Shown piece by piece: positions 52,540 through 64,000 of a stretch of DNA of 64,000 bases. The notes beneath the pieces were generated by a model, which was not told the origin of the DNA, ran no database searches, and saw only the letters and a program-made list of their open reading frames with translations. Origin of the DNA: Chrysomallon squamiferum (taxonomy: Eukaryota > Animalia > Mollusca); contig CM022670.1 in NCBI GenBank assembly GCA_012295275.1, positions 10,788,001 to 10,852,000 on the forward strand, read 5' to 3'. Numbering within the stretch: the stretch's first letter is position 1; the number at the start of each line of letters is the position of its first letter. The translations under genes were made by a program, and so were the position numbers.

Positions 52540-53327
52540 ATGGCAGAAGAAGGGAATCCCCGAGTTTTCTTTGATGTGTCAATTGGTGGCGAACCAAGTT
52601 AGTTGTTGAAACAGTTTCTTTCTAATTAATATATAAATATGACGTACTAAAAACTAAGGAATTCATTAAAGATCTGAAATCGCAGTTAAGATTTTAGCTG
52701 AAGATTCTGACTTTCGGTTTTACTTTAGTGTTTTCACATAAAATATATCATTTATATGTTATTTTAGTGTGATTCTGCTTCTGGAATATTCTAGATCAAA
52801 GGGAATGGTTGAATAATTGTGCTGATCATTAGTCATCGTAATAAGTGCGTTCTTTATAAAATATTTTAACTACTAAAAGACTTGAAAAACAAAAAATGTG
52901 AAGACGTCCCGAACAAAAACAAATAAATTATTTATTTGTTTTTGTTCGGGACGTCTTCACATTTTTTGGTTATTAAATAAAACAGATAAATTAAAATAAA
53001 GAATTTATTTACAAAACAAAAATACATATAAATACAAAAGAATAATTTAAAAAGCAATTATGCTGAATTTTTCTTGCATACACTTATGATACAGCACATA
53101 AGATCTCAAATATTTGTTTATATTCTTGTTTCAAGTATCTTATTTTTATTTTATTAGTATTTTTTAAATTTTATTTTAACTTTATTATAGCAACAGTACA
53201 GTGAATTGTGAACAACAGCTATGAGTTTCTAATTTCCTAATTATTTTATTTTTAATTATATTTTTACAAATTGTATCAATGTCTGTGTGTATACACATAT
53301 ATATATACACACACACACACACATACA

Positions 53328-53389
<62 letters not shown>

Positions 53390-53581
53390 TGAAGTATTCA
53401 AAGCAAATACTTAAAATATTATGAAGATTTTTCATTGTTTATGAAACATTGCACATAAAGGTTCCATTATTGTTGATAAATAAAAAAAATTACCAACCTC
53501 ATTTTATCATAATAAAAATAATTTAAAAATATTGATTAACATCAGATAATAACTTGTTTCAGTTAAATTTCATTTGTTAAT

Positions 53582-53619
<38 letters not shown>

Positions 53620-53981
53620 TTGTACACTATACCAAACCATATATTAATCATAATTTATGTCATATTATCCCTTTTTGATTATGATATCCTTGAAAACATA
53701 AAGAACAGAATTAATTTTGTCAGTTTTAAGATTTTTGTACAATTCTCTTGGTGTTGTTGTTGTTGTTATTATTATTATTACTATTTGCAGCTGGCAGGAT
53801 CATATTCACTTTGTTCAAAGACAAAGTACCAAAGACGGCCGAGAATTTCCGGGCTCTGTGTACAGGGGAAAAGGGAATTGGTAAAAGTGGTAAACCACTG
53901 CACTACAAAGGATGTCCTTTTCACAGAAGTAATTACTTGAAGTTACATGAAATTATGAGTAACATTATCTCTTACTTTTAG

Positions 53982-54062
<81 letters not shown>

Positions 54063-57000
54063 TTATCCCTTCCTTATATTTTCCTCTTCCTCACTCCTTT
54101 CTTCACTTTCCATAATTAAAGTGGATTACAATTTATAACAATGATAATAAGTTTGATTAATTTAAGAAAATAAATCTTTAAAATTAGCGTTAATTTTGAT
54201 AGTTTGTAAATAAACATTTTTATATTAAAGATTGTTTTATGTTTTGTTGGTTAAATATAATTCACATACTTGTAGTAGTAAAAATGTTTATTTTTCAGTT
54301 ATCAAAAATTTCATGATACAAGGAGGAGATTTTACAAATCAGAATGGAACCGGAGGAGAAAGTATTTATGGAGAAAAGTTTGATGATGAAAATTTTATAC
54401 TAAAGGTAAAAACCATTCTTCAGATTCCAAATATCTGATAATTTATAGTTTATTAAATGTATTCTTTAAAATAAAAAAAAACTTTAATGTATTTTTTATT
54501 GCATAAATATAATATTTTTTGGATCATTTTATTGACAAAATTGGATTATTAAGAGTAAAATTTAATAATTTTAATATTTACATGAGGAGTTAAACTGTTC
54601 TGAATAATAATAACAGCTTTACAGTCGGGGGGAAAACCTTACCATAGATCTAACTTTCTAAAGTGAAATTTCTCATAGTGATAGCACATTTTCCTGCACG
54701 AAATTAAAAGAAACAACCATGTACTCAAACACCTGTGTGTTGTGTGCAATATTTTTAGAGTCTTACATTATTTCATCAGTTATAACTTTTTTATGCAGTG
54801 TTATAAATATAGCATTTTCAAAGTGTGTTTTAAAGACACATCGAGGTGTTCACTTCTCTTTCAGCACGAAAAGTCTGGGTTGCTGAGCATGGCTAATTCC
54901 GGACCCAACACTAACGGCTCTCAGTTCTTCATCACCACCATAGCAACACCGCATCTTGATGGCAAACACGTTGTCTTCGGCGAGGTCACTCACGGTATGG
55001 GTGTTGTCAGAGAACTGGAAGAGGTAGAGAAGGAAGAAGAGAAGCCTGTGAAGGTATTTTGAAATTTATTCTCTCGATTTATGATGAGTACAAATTTTAA
55101 ATTATTTTTAATATTTTGTAAAATGTACGTAAAGGATTAATTGCTTCTGGTTAAGAAAGTAAATATTAAGTAATTACATTACACTCAGTTTGTGAAAGAA
55201 ATTATGTTTATAGGATGTAAATATTAATAATCCTCTTAGTCTTACAGTTTTTTTTGACAAATATCAAATTTTTGATGACTATCTTGTATCTAATTTTAGA
55301 AATGTAAATGTAGTTAACTGTATTTTATTTCAGGAATGTAGATGTAAATAATTATAATTTGTTTAAGGAATGTAAATATAATTAATTATATTCTGTTTAA
55401 GGAATGCAAATACAATTATATTCTGTTTAAGGAATGTAAATATATATAATTATATTCTGTTTAAGGAATGCAAATACAGTTATATTCTGTTTAAGGAATG
55501 TAAATATAATTAATTATGTTTTCTTTTTTTAAGGAATGTAAATGTAATTAATTATATTTTGTTTAAGGAATGTGTGATTTCAGACTGTGGGGAGTTGGCA
55601 CCAGGTGACTCTGGGATTGTCATCAAAGATGATGGAACAGGAGATGTTTATGCAGATTTTCCTATTGATTCCGGATTAAAATATTCTGATGTAAGTTTTT
55701 CATGTCAGTATCTTCAAATCATCTATATATAAAGGTTTTTTTTTTTACTATAATGATAAGTTGTTTAATAACTTATTATGTAATACTAAACTTCTCTTTT
55801 TATTTTCCTTTTTCTCATATTTTTTCTTTTGTATATTAGCAGTATTTTGAAGATTACTAAGAAAATAAGGAAAAAAATAAATATATTACAGTCTGTATTT
55901 GATTTGCCTGTTTTTTTATTGCTGTTTATTTTAAACATTTTAGTACATTCTGTTATTTGTGGTTTTAGTGTAAAGATGAACAATATTAACTGTGTTTTAT
56001 GCAACTCTAAAAGCTCTATTTCATTTTAATTTGTCATATTGTTTTTGCATTTCAGCTAGATGTTAATTGGGATATGAACTTTTCCGAACAATCATTCATC
56101 ATGTCTGTTTGTTTTATGTTTTTTCTGTCTTATAGCTGAGTATGCTGTAACATCCAAAGATGGAAATAACAACAAAATTCATTTTATTTTTATTTTAATT
56201 TTATTTTTGGTTGCGTTGCAGAAAGCAAATTTGGAGAAACTTACAGAAATTGCCCAAAATGTGAAACAGATTGGAAATAATCTTTTTAAGGAGCAAAACT
56301 TTTCCTTGGCTCTTACAAAATATCTCAAAGCTATCAGGTAAAAAGAATAATGACTATATTTATAATGTGTTCCCTTCCATTTATTTATTTTTTCAAATTT
56401 TATTTCTTAACTGGATTGTAGAGTAATAATAAAAAATATTTAAAACTCAGCATATCTTTTAAGAAGTAAATATTTGTCAAAAAATTAAAAAGTTTAAAAT
56501 TTGGTTATTTGCTAGTAAGCATAATTTTGTTTTTAAATTTCTGACCAAATTACTTGTAATGCAGTGTTAACAAAATGTGTTGATCTTTTTCACTGGTGTA
56601 TTTACTAAGTAAAAATTTTAAAAATTAAAGAAATATATATATATATATATATATAAAAAAAAAAAAAAATATATATATATAACTTATAAGTAAAGAAATT
56701 TAAAATTAAAAAAATATATATATATAAATATATAATTATTAGAAATTATTTCTTTTAGATACATTGAAGTGATTCTTAATTTTATGGAATTAACAAATGA
56801 GGAAAAAGAAAGTTTGAAGAAGACCAATAAATTATCTCTGCATTTAAATATGTAAGTTTCTGTATTAGTTATTTATTTATTTATATATGGATCTGTTTGT
56901 TGAAAAGGAACACAAGAATTTAAAAAGAATTTCTGCTGAAAGGAAAATTACAAAATTGTGTCCAATATTACTATTTAAAAGCCAGTATTTTCAGTGTGAA

Positions 57001-58889
57001 TAAAACTATTTTCTAATTTTCTAATTACAAAATTCCATGAGATTTACTAACTTCTTATTTTATATATTAATATGTAATTCTACTTACTTTTTAATAAATG
57101 TGTACTGTTTTTAAAATATTTGACATTTCTGTTCTAGTTACAAAAAATAACTGTCTTTATTTATTCATGACTTAAAACACAGAGTAGTCATTGAAAAAAT
57201 GTGATTTAAAGATAGTACAACATATACCTGAATGCTGCACCCAACAGTTAGAAACAAAACCTCTAATAATGAAATATAATTAATTTTTTAATATTCTCAG
57301 AGCTGCCTGTTACCTGAGGATGAAGAATTATGATCAAGTGTTACGATCATGTAAAGATGTAAGTTGAACAACTCTGCAAATTTGTTCATGTAATGATAGA
57401 GATAAATGTCATACCATTAAATCATGAAAGTTACAAATTTATTCTTTTATTTGTAGTTCTATTTCTCTGCAGCTTTGCATCTCATACACAATGTCAAATT
57501 TTCATATGTTCTATTCTTTAAATTTATGTCTATAGCCTCTTTTGATGCATACATCATATATAAAAAAAAAAAAATTAATGGACTGAATTTTGTTTCATGA
57601 TCCTCATTAAAAAAGACCGAATTCTGATAAAGCTTTTCTAATTCAAATGCCTTGATTTATCGTTAAGTTTAAAAAAAAAAAATATGGAAACAAGAAAACG
57701 AAGTATGTATGTTAGTTTTTCTTTTTCTTTCATTTTCAGGCATTGTCCATTGATCCTACTAATGCAAAAGCTTTGTTCAGACGCGGTCAGGCCTACTGTG
57801 CCTTGAATGACTGGGATAATGCTTTGGTAAGTTTTCAAAAATAAATAAAAACTTTTTCATTTCTGGTCAGGTTGCAGTTTGGTCTGTTTTACTTTCTTTA
57901 GTAATTAATTTAAGGAATTTTCAAGACAGTGTAGAAAAATATCTTTTCTTATCTGAAACCTATTACTTTTAAAAGATAATTTTTCTAGGTGTTTTTTTTT
58001 TTATAACTGGTGTTTACGTTTTATAATTTGGATTGTGACATGAATTTACATATTAGCAAAGAAATTGAAGAATTCTAGATTTAAAAGTATTTCTGTTTAT
58101 TTTTTTATTTTATAATGGTCTATGTGAATATTTAAATCAGTGGCAAGTGGACAAATAAATGTGATTTGATCATTTCTGATTACTACATATATAGTAAGTT
58201 GCTGATAAGATTTATTTATTGCAGAGCGATTTGGAGAGTGCTTTGAAATCTGAGCCTAATGATAAAGGTATTTGATGCACTTTTTATTTTAACTTTAAAA
58301 AAATTCTAATCTCATATACACATTCAGCTACACAAATATTTTATGTTACGGTAAGCAGTTTTTAAATATTTGAATTTAATTTTCAATTTTAATTTTTTTA
58401 TGCTTTAAACTTATTAACAAATGGTTTAAAACAATTTATAAAAAAATTTTTTTTTTTTTTTTTTTAAATCCAAGTGGCTGGCAATTTAATTTGACTTTAA
58501 CATGAACAAATAATGAATGACAAAATATTTTGAATAGTTATCCATCTGTTTTAGGTACTTGTATAGTTTATTGTTTGCAGTGTATTACTGTATAATAAAA
58601 TTAATTGTGATGACACTTAGTTTTCTATAATGCTGGTTGTGCCCCTTTTGTTTGTGATTACCCAAAACAAATTTTAGTTTATTCTTTTTGTAACATTGAA
58701 AATGTTATTATAATAAAAATTTAAATATTTATGTTCATCATTATGTTAATTATTAAATTAATTGATTACAGCTGTTTTATTATTTTTATTTTATTTTCAG
58801 GTATTATAAAGGAAATAGAGAAAACAAAAAAGATTCGCAGTGACTATTACAACAAACAGAAGAAAGCTTATTCTAAAATGTTTGCCTGA
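52540..58889 (+). CDS. PPID: Peptidyl-prolyl cis-trans isomerase D (cyclophilin-40; cyclophilin domain + TPR Hsp90-binding domain)
   Basis: Exons 52540-52597, 53791-53928, 54299-54405, 54865-55053, 55568-55690, 56222-56337, 56759-56851, 57301-57358, 57740-57826, 58225-58267, 58801-58889 (1101 nt, 366 aa). Motifs: [81 protein letters not shown] (His at the CypA Trp121 position, typical of Cyp40), TPR segments KQIGNNLFK and KALFRRGQA, and C-terminus YSKMFA*. Confidence 0.96.
52778..52797. promoter_or_regulatory. Heat-shock element (HSF-binding) in PPID intron 1
   Basis: cTTCt-gGAAt-aTTCt-aGATc is three perfect alternating nGAAn pentamers plus a one-mismatch fourth. A two-unit GAAgaTTC lies at 52700-52707. 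Confidence 0.6.
52890..52968. repeat. 79-bp palindrome (perfect 39-bp inverted arms, 1-nt centre)
   Basis: 52890-52928 CAAAAAATGTGAAGACGTCCCGAACAAAAACAAATAAAT is the exact reverse complement of 52930-52968. Confidence 0.95.
53981..54059. repeat. (CT)n microsatellite
   Basis: Direct inspection. Confidence 0.95.
55140..55573 (+). repeat. Tandem array (30-38-bp unit) of the PPID exon-5 acceptor plus first exonic bases
   Basis: AG|GAATG with the acceptor G at 55333, 55367, 55401, 55431, 55465, 55495, 55533 and the real site 55567. More degenerate copies lie near 55155, 55213 and 55299. Confidence 0.92.
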
Positions 58890-60130
58890 GACTTTCACAT
58901 TGCTATGTCTAAAAAAGGAAACTTGATAATTTATGTTGCTGGTTTTGTTTCAGTTTTGGATGTGAAAAAATAAAGTACATTCCGTTTTTTTTCTATTGAT
59001 AGTTATTAGAATTACAATTTATGAAGCTTTACCAATCTTTACTTCTATATTTTTTTTTTTTTGTCATTTAACTTACATGTGTCAGGTCAAGTTGTAATCT
59101 CAGTGTAAATTGCTAGTGACATATAAAAGTCTTATTTATTTCTAGTGCTGAAAATTGTTAGTTACATCCCTTGCACCAAGAAAACATCTCTCCAGTACAC
59201 TTCAGTTGACTTCTCTGTGTAAAAATGTTACATTTAATGGACTTTAAAAATTCATAATTATTTTTAAAAAGTGATAATAAGACATATTTGTGCTGTAATT
59301 TTTTACTTCTAGTTATAGTTTTGTATTTCTTTTAATATTAAATTTGTTATATTTAAATTCATTTCTGTGTTGTTGTTTTTTTTCAAAATACATTCTTTAT
59401 TGGTATTTCTGTTTGAATCATATATATTTTAAGAATGTATATGTGCATGTGTTTATAAGTGTGTGTGTGTTTGTGTTTGTGAGTGTATGTCATCTGTGCC
59501 ATAATTTATTGCATCAATTCAAGGAAATGAAAAATACTAATAAAAAGATTAGGATAATGTTTCTGACTTTTGTTACTCAACAATAACTGAAGTAAATTCA
59601 ATCTATTACACTGAACTTCCAACTCATAGTTCAGGGTATGTGTGTGTGTGTTGTTTTTTGTTTTCACAATGGAAATTTTTTTTAATCCAAATGGGGAAAC
59701 CATATAAATTGCTTTATTGGTCTTTTCTAACAAAATAAATTCTGTTTTATTTGGGGTTTTTTAGGAAAATAATTAAAACATTTTTATTAATTACAAATGC
59801 ATAATCATTATGATCCTCATAACAGTACAATTTAATATTAGCCAGTTCAAAATTTTATTTTATTTGTTAATATATTATTTTTATATAATATTTTATAATT
59901 TCTAATAAATTATAATAATAAAAATAATAAAAATAAAAAATAGGAATACTTAATACATAAAATGTAATGTTTGATGTGCTTTAGTGCTGGCCTGAAACTC
60001 GTTGGAAAATAAATGGATCCATTGACCATTGCGATCACTCAAGGGAGATAAATGTTGTTGTTTTTTTTTCATTTGGAAAACATGTTGAGTGAACTGTAAA
60101 TACTGTTCTTTATATTAATTCAATAGAAAA

Positions 60131-63100
60131 ATGTCTTTCTTTGGTGGAACCACGAGCCAACCGAGTATCTTCGGTGGCACTAACCCCACAACCACTGCTA
60201 CCACAGGATTTGCAGGTTTTGGAGTAACAACAACGTCAGCTCCTACGTTTGGCGGTTTTGGCACTGCAACAACATCGGCTGGATCAGGATTTACAGGTTT
60301 TGGAACAGGCAGCACTACTGGCACTGGTTTTACAGGGTTTGGAACTGCAACTACAACGACGTCTGGTAGCTCTCTTAATTTTTAATTTTTAAATTATTTT
60401 TCTTTACTTTTTTATTTTTACTTTTTTTTTTTTTTAGTAGTAATACTAATAGTGGTGTAGTTTTTAATATTTATTTATTTATGTTTTGTTACAGAATATA
60501 GAATTAAGAAACCATTTATAACATTTTGTATGACTAATGATTATATCACTGTCATATTCTCACTGATTTTACTGAATTTAAAACGTCAGCAAACTTTATT
60601 TTGACAGATTGATTAACAAAAAAAGTACTAATAATATCTGTTACTCAGATATCGTAAATAAATATTATAATTTTTGATGATATTGATGATTTAATGATGA
60701 TATTGTTATTTACTACGATTCATACTTTCATTTTCAGGATTCACTGGTTTTGGAGTTGCTACAACCACAACGGCAAACACAGGTGAATTTTTTTAATATT
60801 CCTGTTAATACTGATAATAGTGTTCATTTATTACATGTATCATTTTCATATTTAAACCATATTTCATTTGAAAAGAGTAAAAAAAGTTTTGTGGTCCTCT
60901 ATTTTTGTTGTGATTCTTGAGCATTAATTTAAAAAATATTTTGTTGGACCTCAGTTGTTATTTGGACAATTTTATATTATTTTTTTATACTTTGTATTTA
61001 ATAGTACCATTCAAACACTTAATCTGGACATAATATAAAGTTTGACAACTGTTAATATAAATTGGATGGGATGTTTAAAAACAAAAGTTATTTATTCAGA
61101 AATAAAAAGAATAATAATTAAAATAATAATAATAACTACAAATTGAGAAGTGAAAAATAAGATGCTAATATTTCACTTGTCTAATAATAACCAGTTGATT
61201 TAATAACAGTTAATATATAAATTAAAATTATTACATTTCAGGATTTACTGGATTTGGCACAGGGTTTGGTACAGGATTTGGTAAAACTGGAACAGGTTTT
61301 GGAACTACAGGAACTGGATTTGGAACAACTGGCACTGGATTTGGAACAGGATTTGGAACAGCTGGGACAGGAACAGGATTTGGTACAACAGGGACAGGGT
61401 TTGGGACAGCAGCCACTGGCACAGGTTTTGGTGCTGGGAACTTGGCAGGTAAAAATTATAAGAAAATAAAATGTAACAGAATCCATCAGATTTGATTGAA
61501 TACCGAATTGACACAGTTCTTTTAATTTTGATATCATACAGCTGTACAAAAATATTACTCATAACAATCCTGAAGGTCAGTGTATATCCACACTTTGATG
61601 ACATGATAAAAAGTATATTTTTCTATCTTCTAAATAGTTTAATTTACTGACTGAAATAAATAACTAATGGTGAGTTATTTCTTTAGAAGTTAATAAAGGT
61701 GATCAAACAAGAATAATTCTTAAATTTTCAATCTTTGTTATTCTGTGTACACTGATATATTTATTTTGTTTTATTATTACTTTCTTTTTAATGTTTTAAA
61801 AAATATTCAAAAAATATTTTCTATAAATTGTTTTAATAATTTTATTTAATATCCAGTTTGTTGCCCAGATTATGTTTAACCATACACCATTTATTCTTGT
61901 AATAGATGTTATTCTTAAATTTTCATTTACACTATATGTATCTGTATGTATATATATATATATATATATCTCTCTTTTTTAATGGTGTGACTTCAGTTCA
62001 GCAGCAACAGCAGCAACAACAAGCTGAACTGGCCAACATGGCGATGGCTGTGTCACTGCCTCAGATTTACGGAGACGAACGTGACACAATCATTGCTAAG
62101 TGGAATCAGCTGCAAGCCTTCTGGGGAACAGGCAAAGGTTTCTACAGTCAGAATGCTGCTGTCACCTTCAAACCAGATAATCCATTCTGTCGTTTTAAGG
62201 TAATAAAAAGCAGCCTCTTAATTCATTTTATGTCCATAATTTTGTTGTTGTTGGAGAAATAATATTTGTACCAAAGGAATGCATATATTAATAAATGTAT
62301 AGTTATATGAGATTTTATACATTTGTGCAAACAAATGGAAAAACATATGCACACTCTTATACTAACCTCCCAAAATGCAAACAATGGAAAAACATATGCA
62401 CATACACCTATACTAACCAACCCAAAATATTGGCATAGAATTGAAGTATAAAAAAAATATGTATGTATAAATCTATTTTTATAGATTTTAAAACTAGGTC
62501 TATTAACAATTTAAGTATGTGTTTTTATTCTTATAATCTATGAATTTTATACACACACACACCACATAAAGGGGTGAGACACAGAGTGAATGTTTTATAT
62601 AAATCTCCATAACTTCTGTTTTCTTTTTTTTCTTTCTTGCAGGCAATTGGGTACTGTGTGATTCCCAGTGGTAAAAATGAAGATGGTCTAGTCGCTCTCA
62701 TGTTGAAGAAGAAACAGCCTGAAGTGTCAGCTGTACAGCAGCAGATAGTGGACACCATTTACAGAATACTAGGAAGTAAACACACTTTGTCTCTCTGTGT
62801 GGAAGGTGTCAGGCCCATACCAGAGGACAGGTGTGTTATTGTTTTTCATTACATTCAAATGCATATAGCAGTGAAACAAATAAATTAATCAGTAAAGGAG
62901 AAAGAGAAAGACTAAATATATGAGAGGATAAGTTTATCTGTTGTAACAGAGAATACTTCACTGAGAAACTGTGTTATACATGTGTTAATATTTTAATATA
63001 TAGAAACAGATTTTATGTTTTATATATATAGATAGATCTGTATGTGTGTATGTAAATCAGTGAGTGTATGTGTGTGAGGCTGCATGTCTGTCTGTCTGTC

Positions 63101-64000
63101 TGTATGTATACAATTATTCTTTGTGCTCATCTATCTTGAGCATTACTAATATCTTTATCTTCTCCAACATAGTTCCATATCCTCACAAATTCTTAAAAAT
63201 GCAGCTTATAAATATTTGTATTTTATTTTAAAAAACCATATATTTTATGCATCTATTTCATCTGTTAACTTACCTCTGTATTGAAAATGTTTTAATGTTG
63301 TTTTTCCACAGAACAGAACTTGTTATTTATGTGCTAGAAAGACCACCATCGGGGCCAGCCAAGCGGGTCCCTTGTATTGATCTCTACAACTTTCTTAATC
63401 AGCCAAACATCAAAACTCAACTAGAAACACAGCTCACTGTCAACAACATTGTGCCAAAGATGGGCTGGTCAAAGGAACAGCTGAAGGAGTATCTGGACAA
63501 GCCTCCTGCAGGTAGAAAATTTTCTCTGTTGTTATTATACATTGTTAGAATTGATTTCAGTTACTTTAATTCATCTGATGATGTTCACATGTTGTGATTA
63601 TTTGCATGAAAACATTTTTAGAAGGATAACACATTAATTTCTATAACAACTGGTTTTTAATCCTCTTTTTTTTCACTCTGCTTTAATTCAGTAATGGTTC
63701 CAATATTATTTAACTGGATGTAGAACTGTTTTGATGTAATTATAAAACTATTGTAGAAAAAGAACAGTTTATTTAAATTTCATTAAAGTCAGCTTTAGTA
63801 ACTAAAAATTCCTTTTTTAACAAGGATTATATATAAATAGCTATGCAGAAAAACATGGGGACAGAAGTGAAAATAAATTCAGCACATGTCATTTTGTAAA
63901 ACATTGGATTGAATAAAATTTGGTAAATACTCTGATGCTGTTTGTGTGTATTACAGGCATTGATCCATTGCTATGGCAACAAGCAAAACTAGATAATCCT
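60131..64000 (+). CDS. NUP54: Nucleoporin p54 (FG-repeat central-channel nucleoporin), 5' part; continues beyond the window
   Basis: Exons 60131-60365, 60738-60782, 61242-61448, 61997-62199, 62643-62830, 63312-63511, 63957->64000, all in phase. An FG/GFG-rich N-terminus and a polyQ run precede the conserved Nup54 motifs PQIYGDERDTIIAKWNQLQAFWGTGKG, NPFCRFKAIGY and PPAGIDPLLWQQAKLDNP. Confidence 0.94.
62327..62428 (+). repeat. Two-copy about 50-bp tandem repeat in a NUP54 intron
   Basis: GCAAACAA(A)TGGAAAAACATATGCACA...TATACTAACC..CCCAAAAT twice. Confidence 0.8.

Noticed and set aside
61231-61604. Antisense and alternative-frame ORFs (PVPNPV..., QGLVQDL..., CSKSC...)
   Set aside because: They are shadows of the NUP54 GTGFG repeat exon.
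1-64000. U12-type introns, intronic snoRNAs, tRNAs and coding transposons
   Set aside because: All reconstructed introns are GT-AG without the GTATCCTT U12 donor. No convincing C/D or H/ACA structure, cloverleaf, transposase or reverse transcriptase was recognised by eye; an Infernal/Rfam and RepeatMasker run would be needed to exclude them.

Overview
This is AT-rich, intron-rich animal genomic DNA. It looks like an invertebrate, probably a mollusc or other lophotrochozoan; that is an inference from composition, microsatellites and CpG-poor introns. Four spliced protein-coding genes were rebuilt by hand with GT-AG junctions and consistent reading phase. (1) A TBC1D1/TBC1D4 (AS160/pollux-like) Rab-GAP on +, 18 exons, <1-37621. 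(2) ZFAND2B/AIRAPL-like on -, 11 exons, 45516-52430. (3) PPID/cyclophilin-40 on +, 11 exons, 52540-58889. (4) The 5' part of NUP54 on +, 60131->64000. ZFAND2B and PPID are head-to-head with only 109 bp between their start codons; nearby are an ETS/CRE-like motif, a canonical heat-shock element and a 79-bp near-perfect palindrome. The most unusual signal recurs in three genes: intronic tandem arrays whose unit is a copy of the gene's own splice junction plus a few exonic bases. The copies decay with distance from the real exon, and every usable decoy site leads to an early stop. No tRNA, rRNA, CRISPR array or coding transposon was recognised. Most of the ORF track is spurious.
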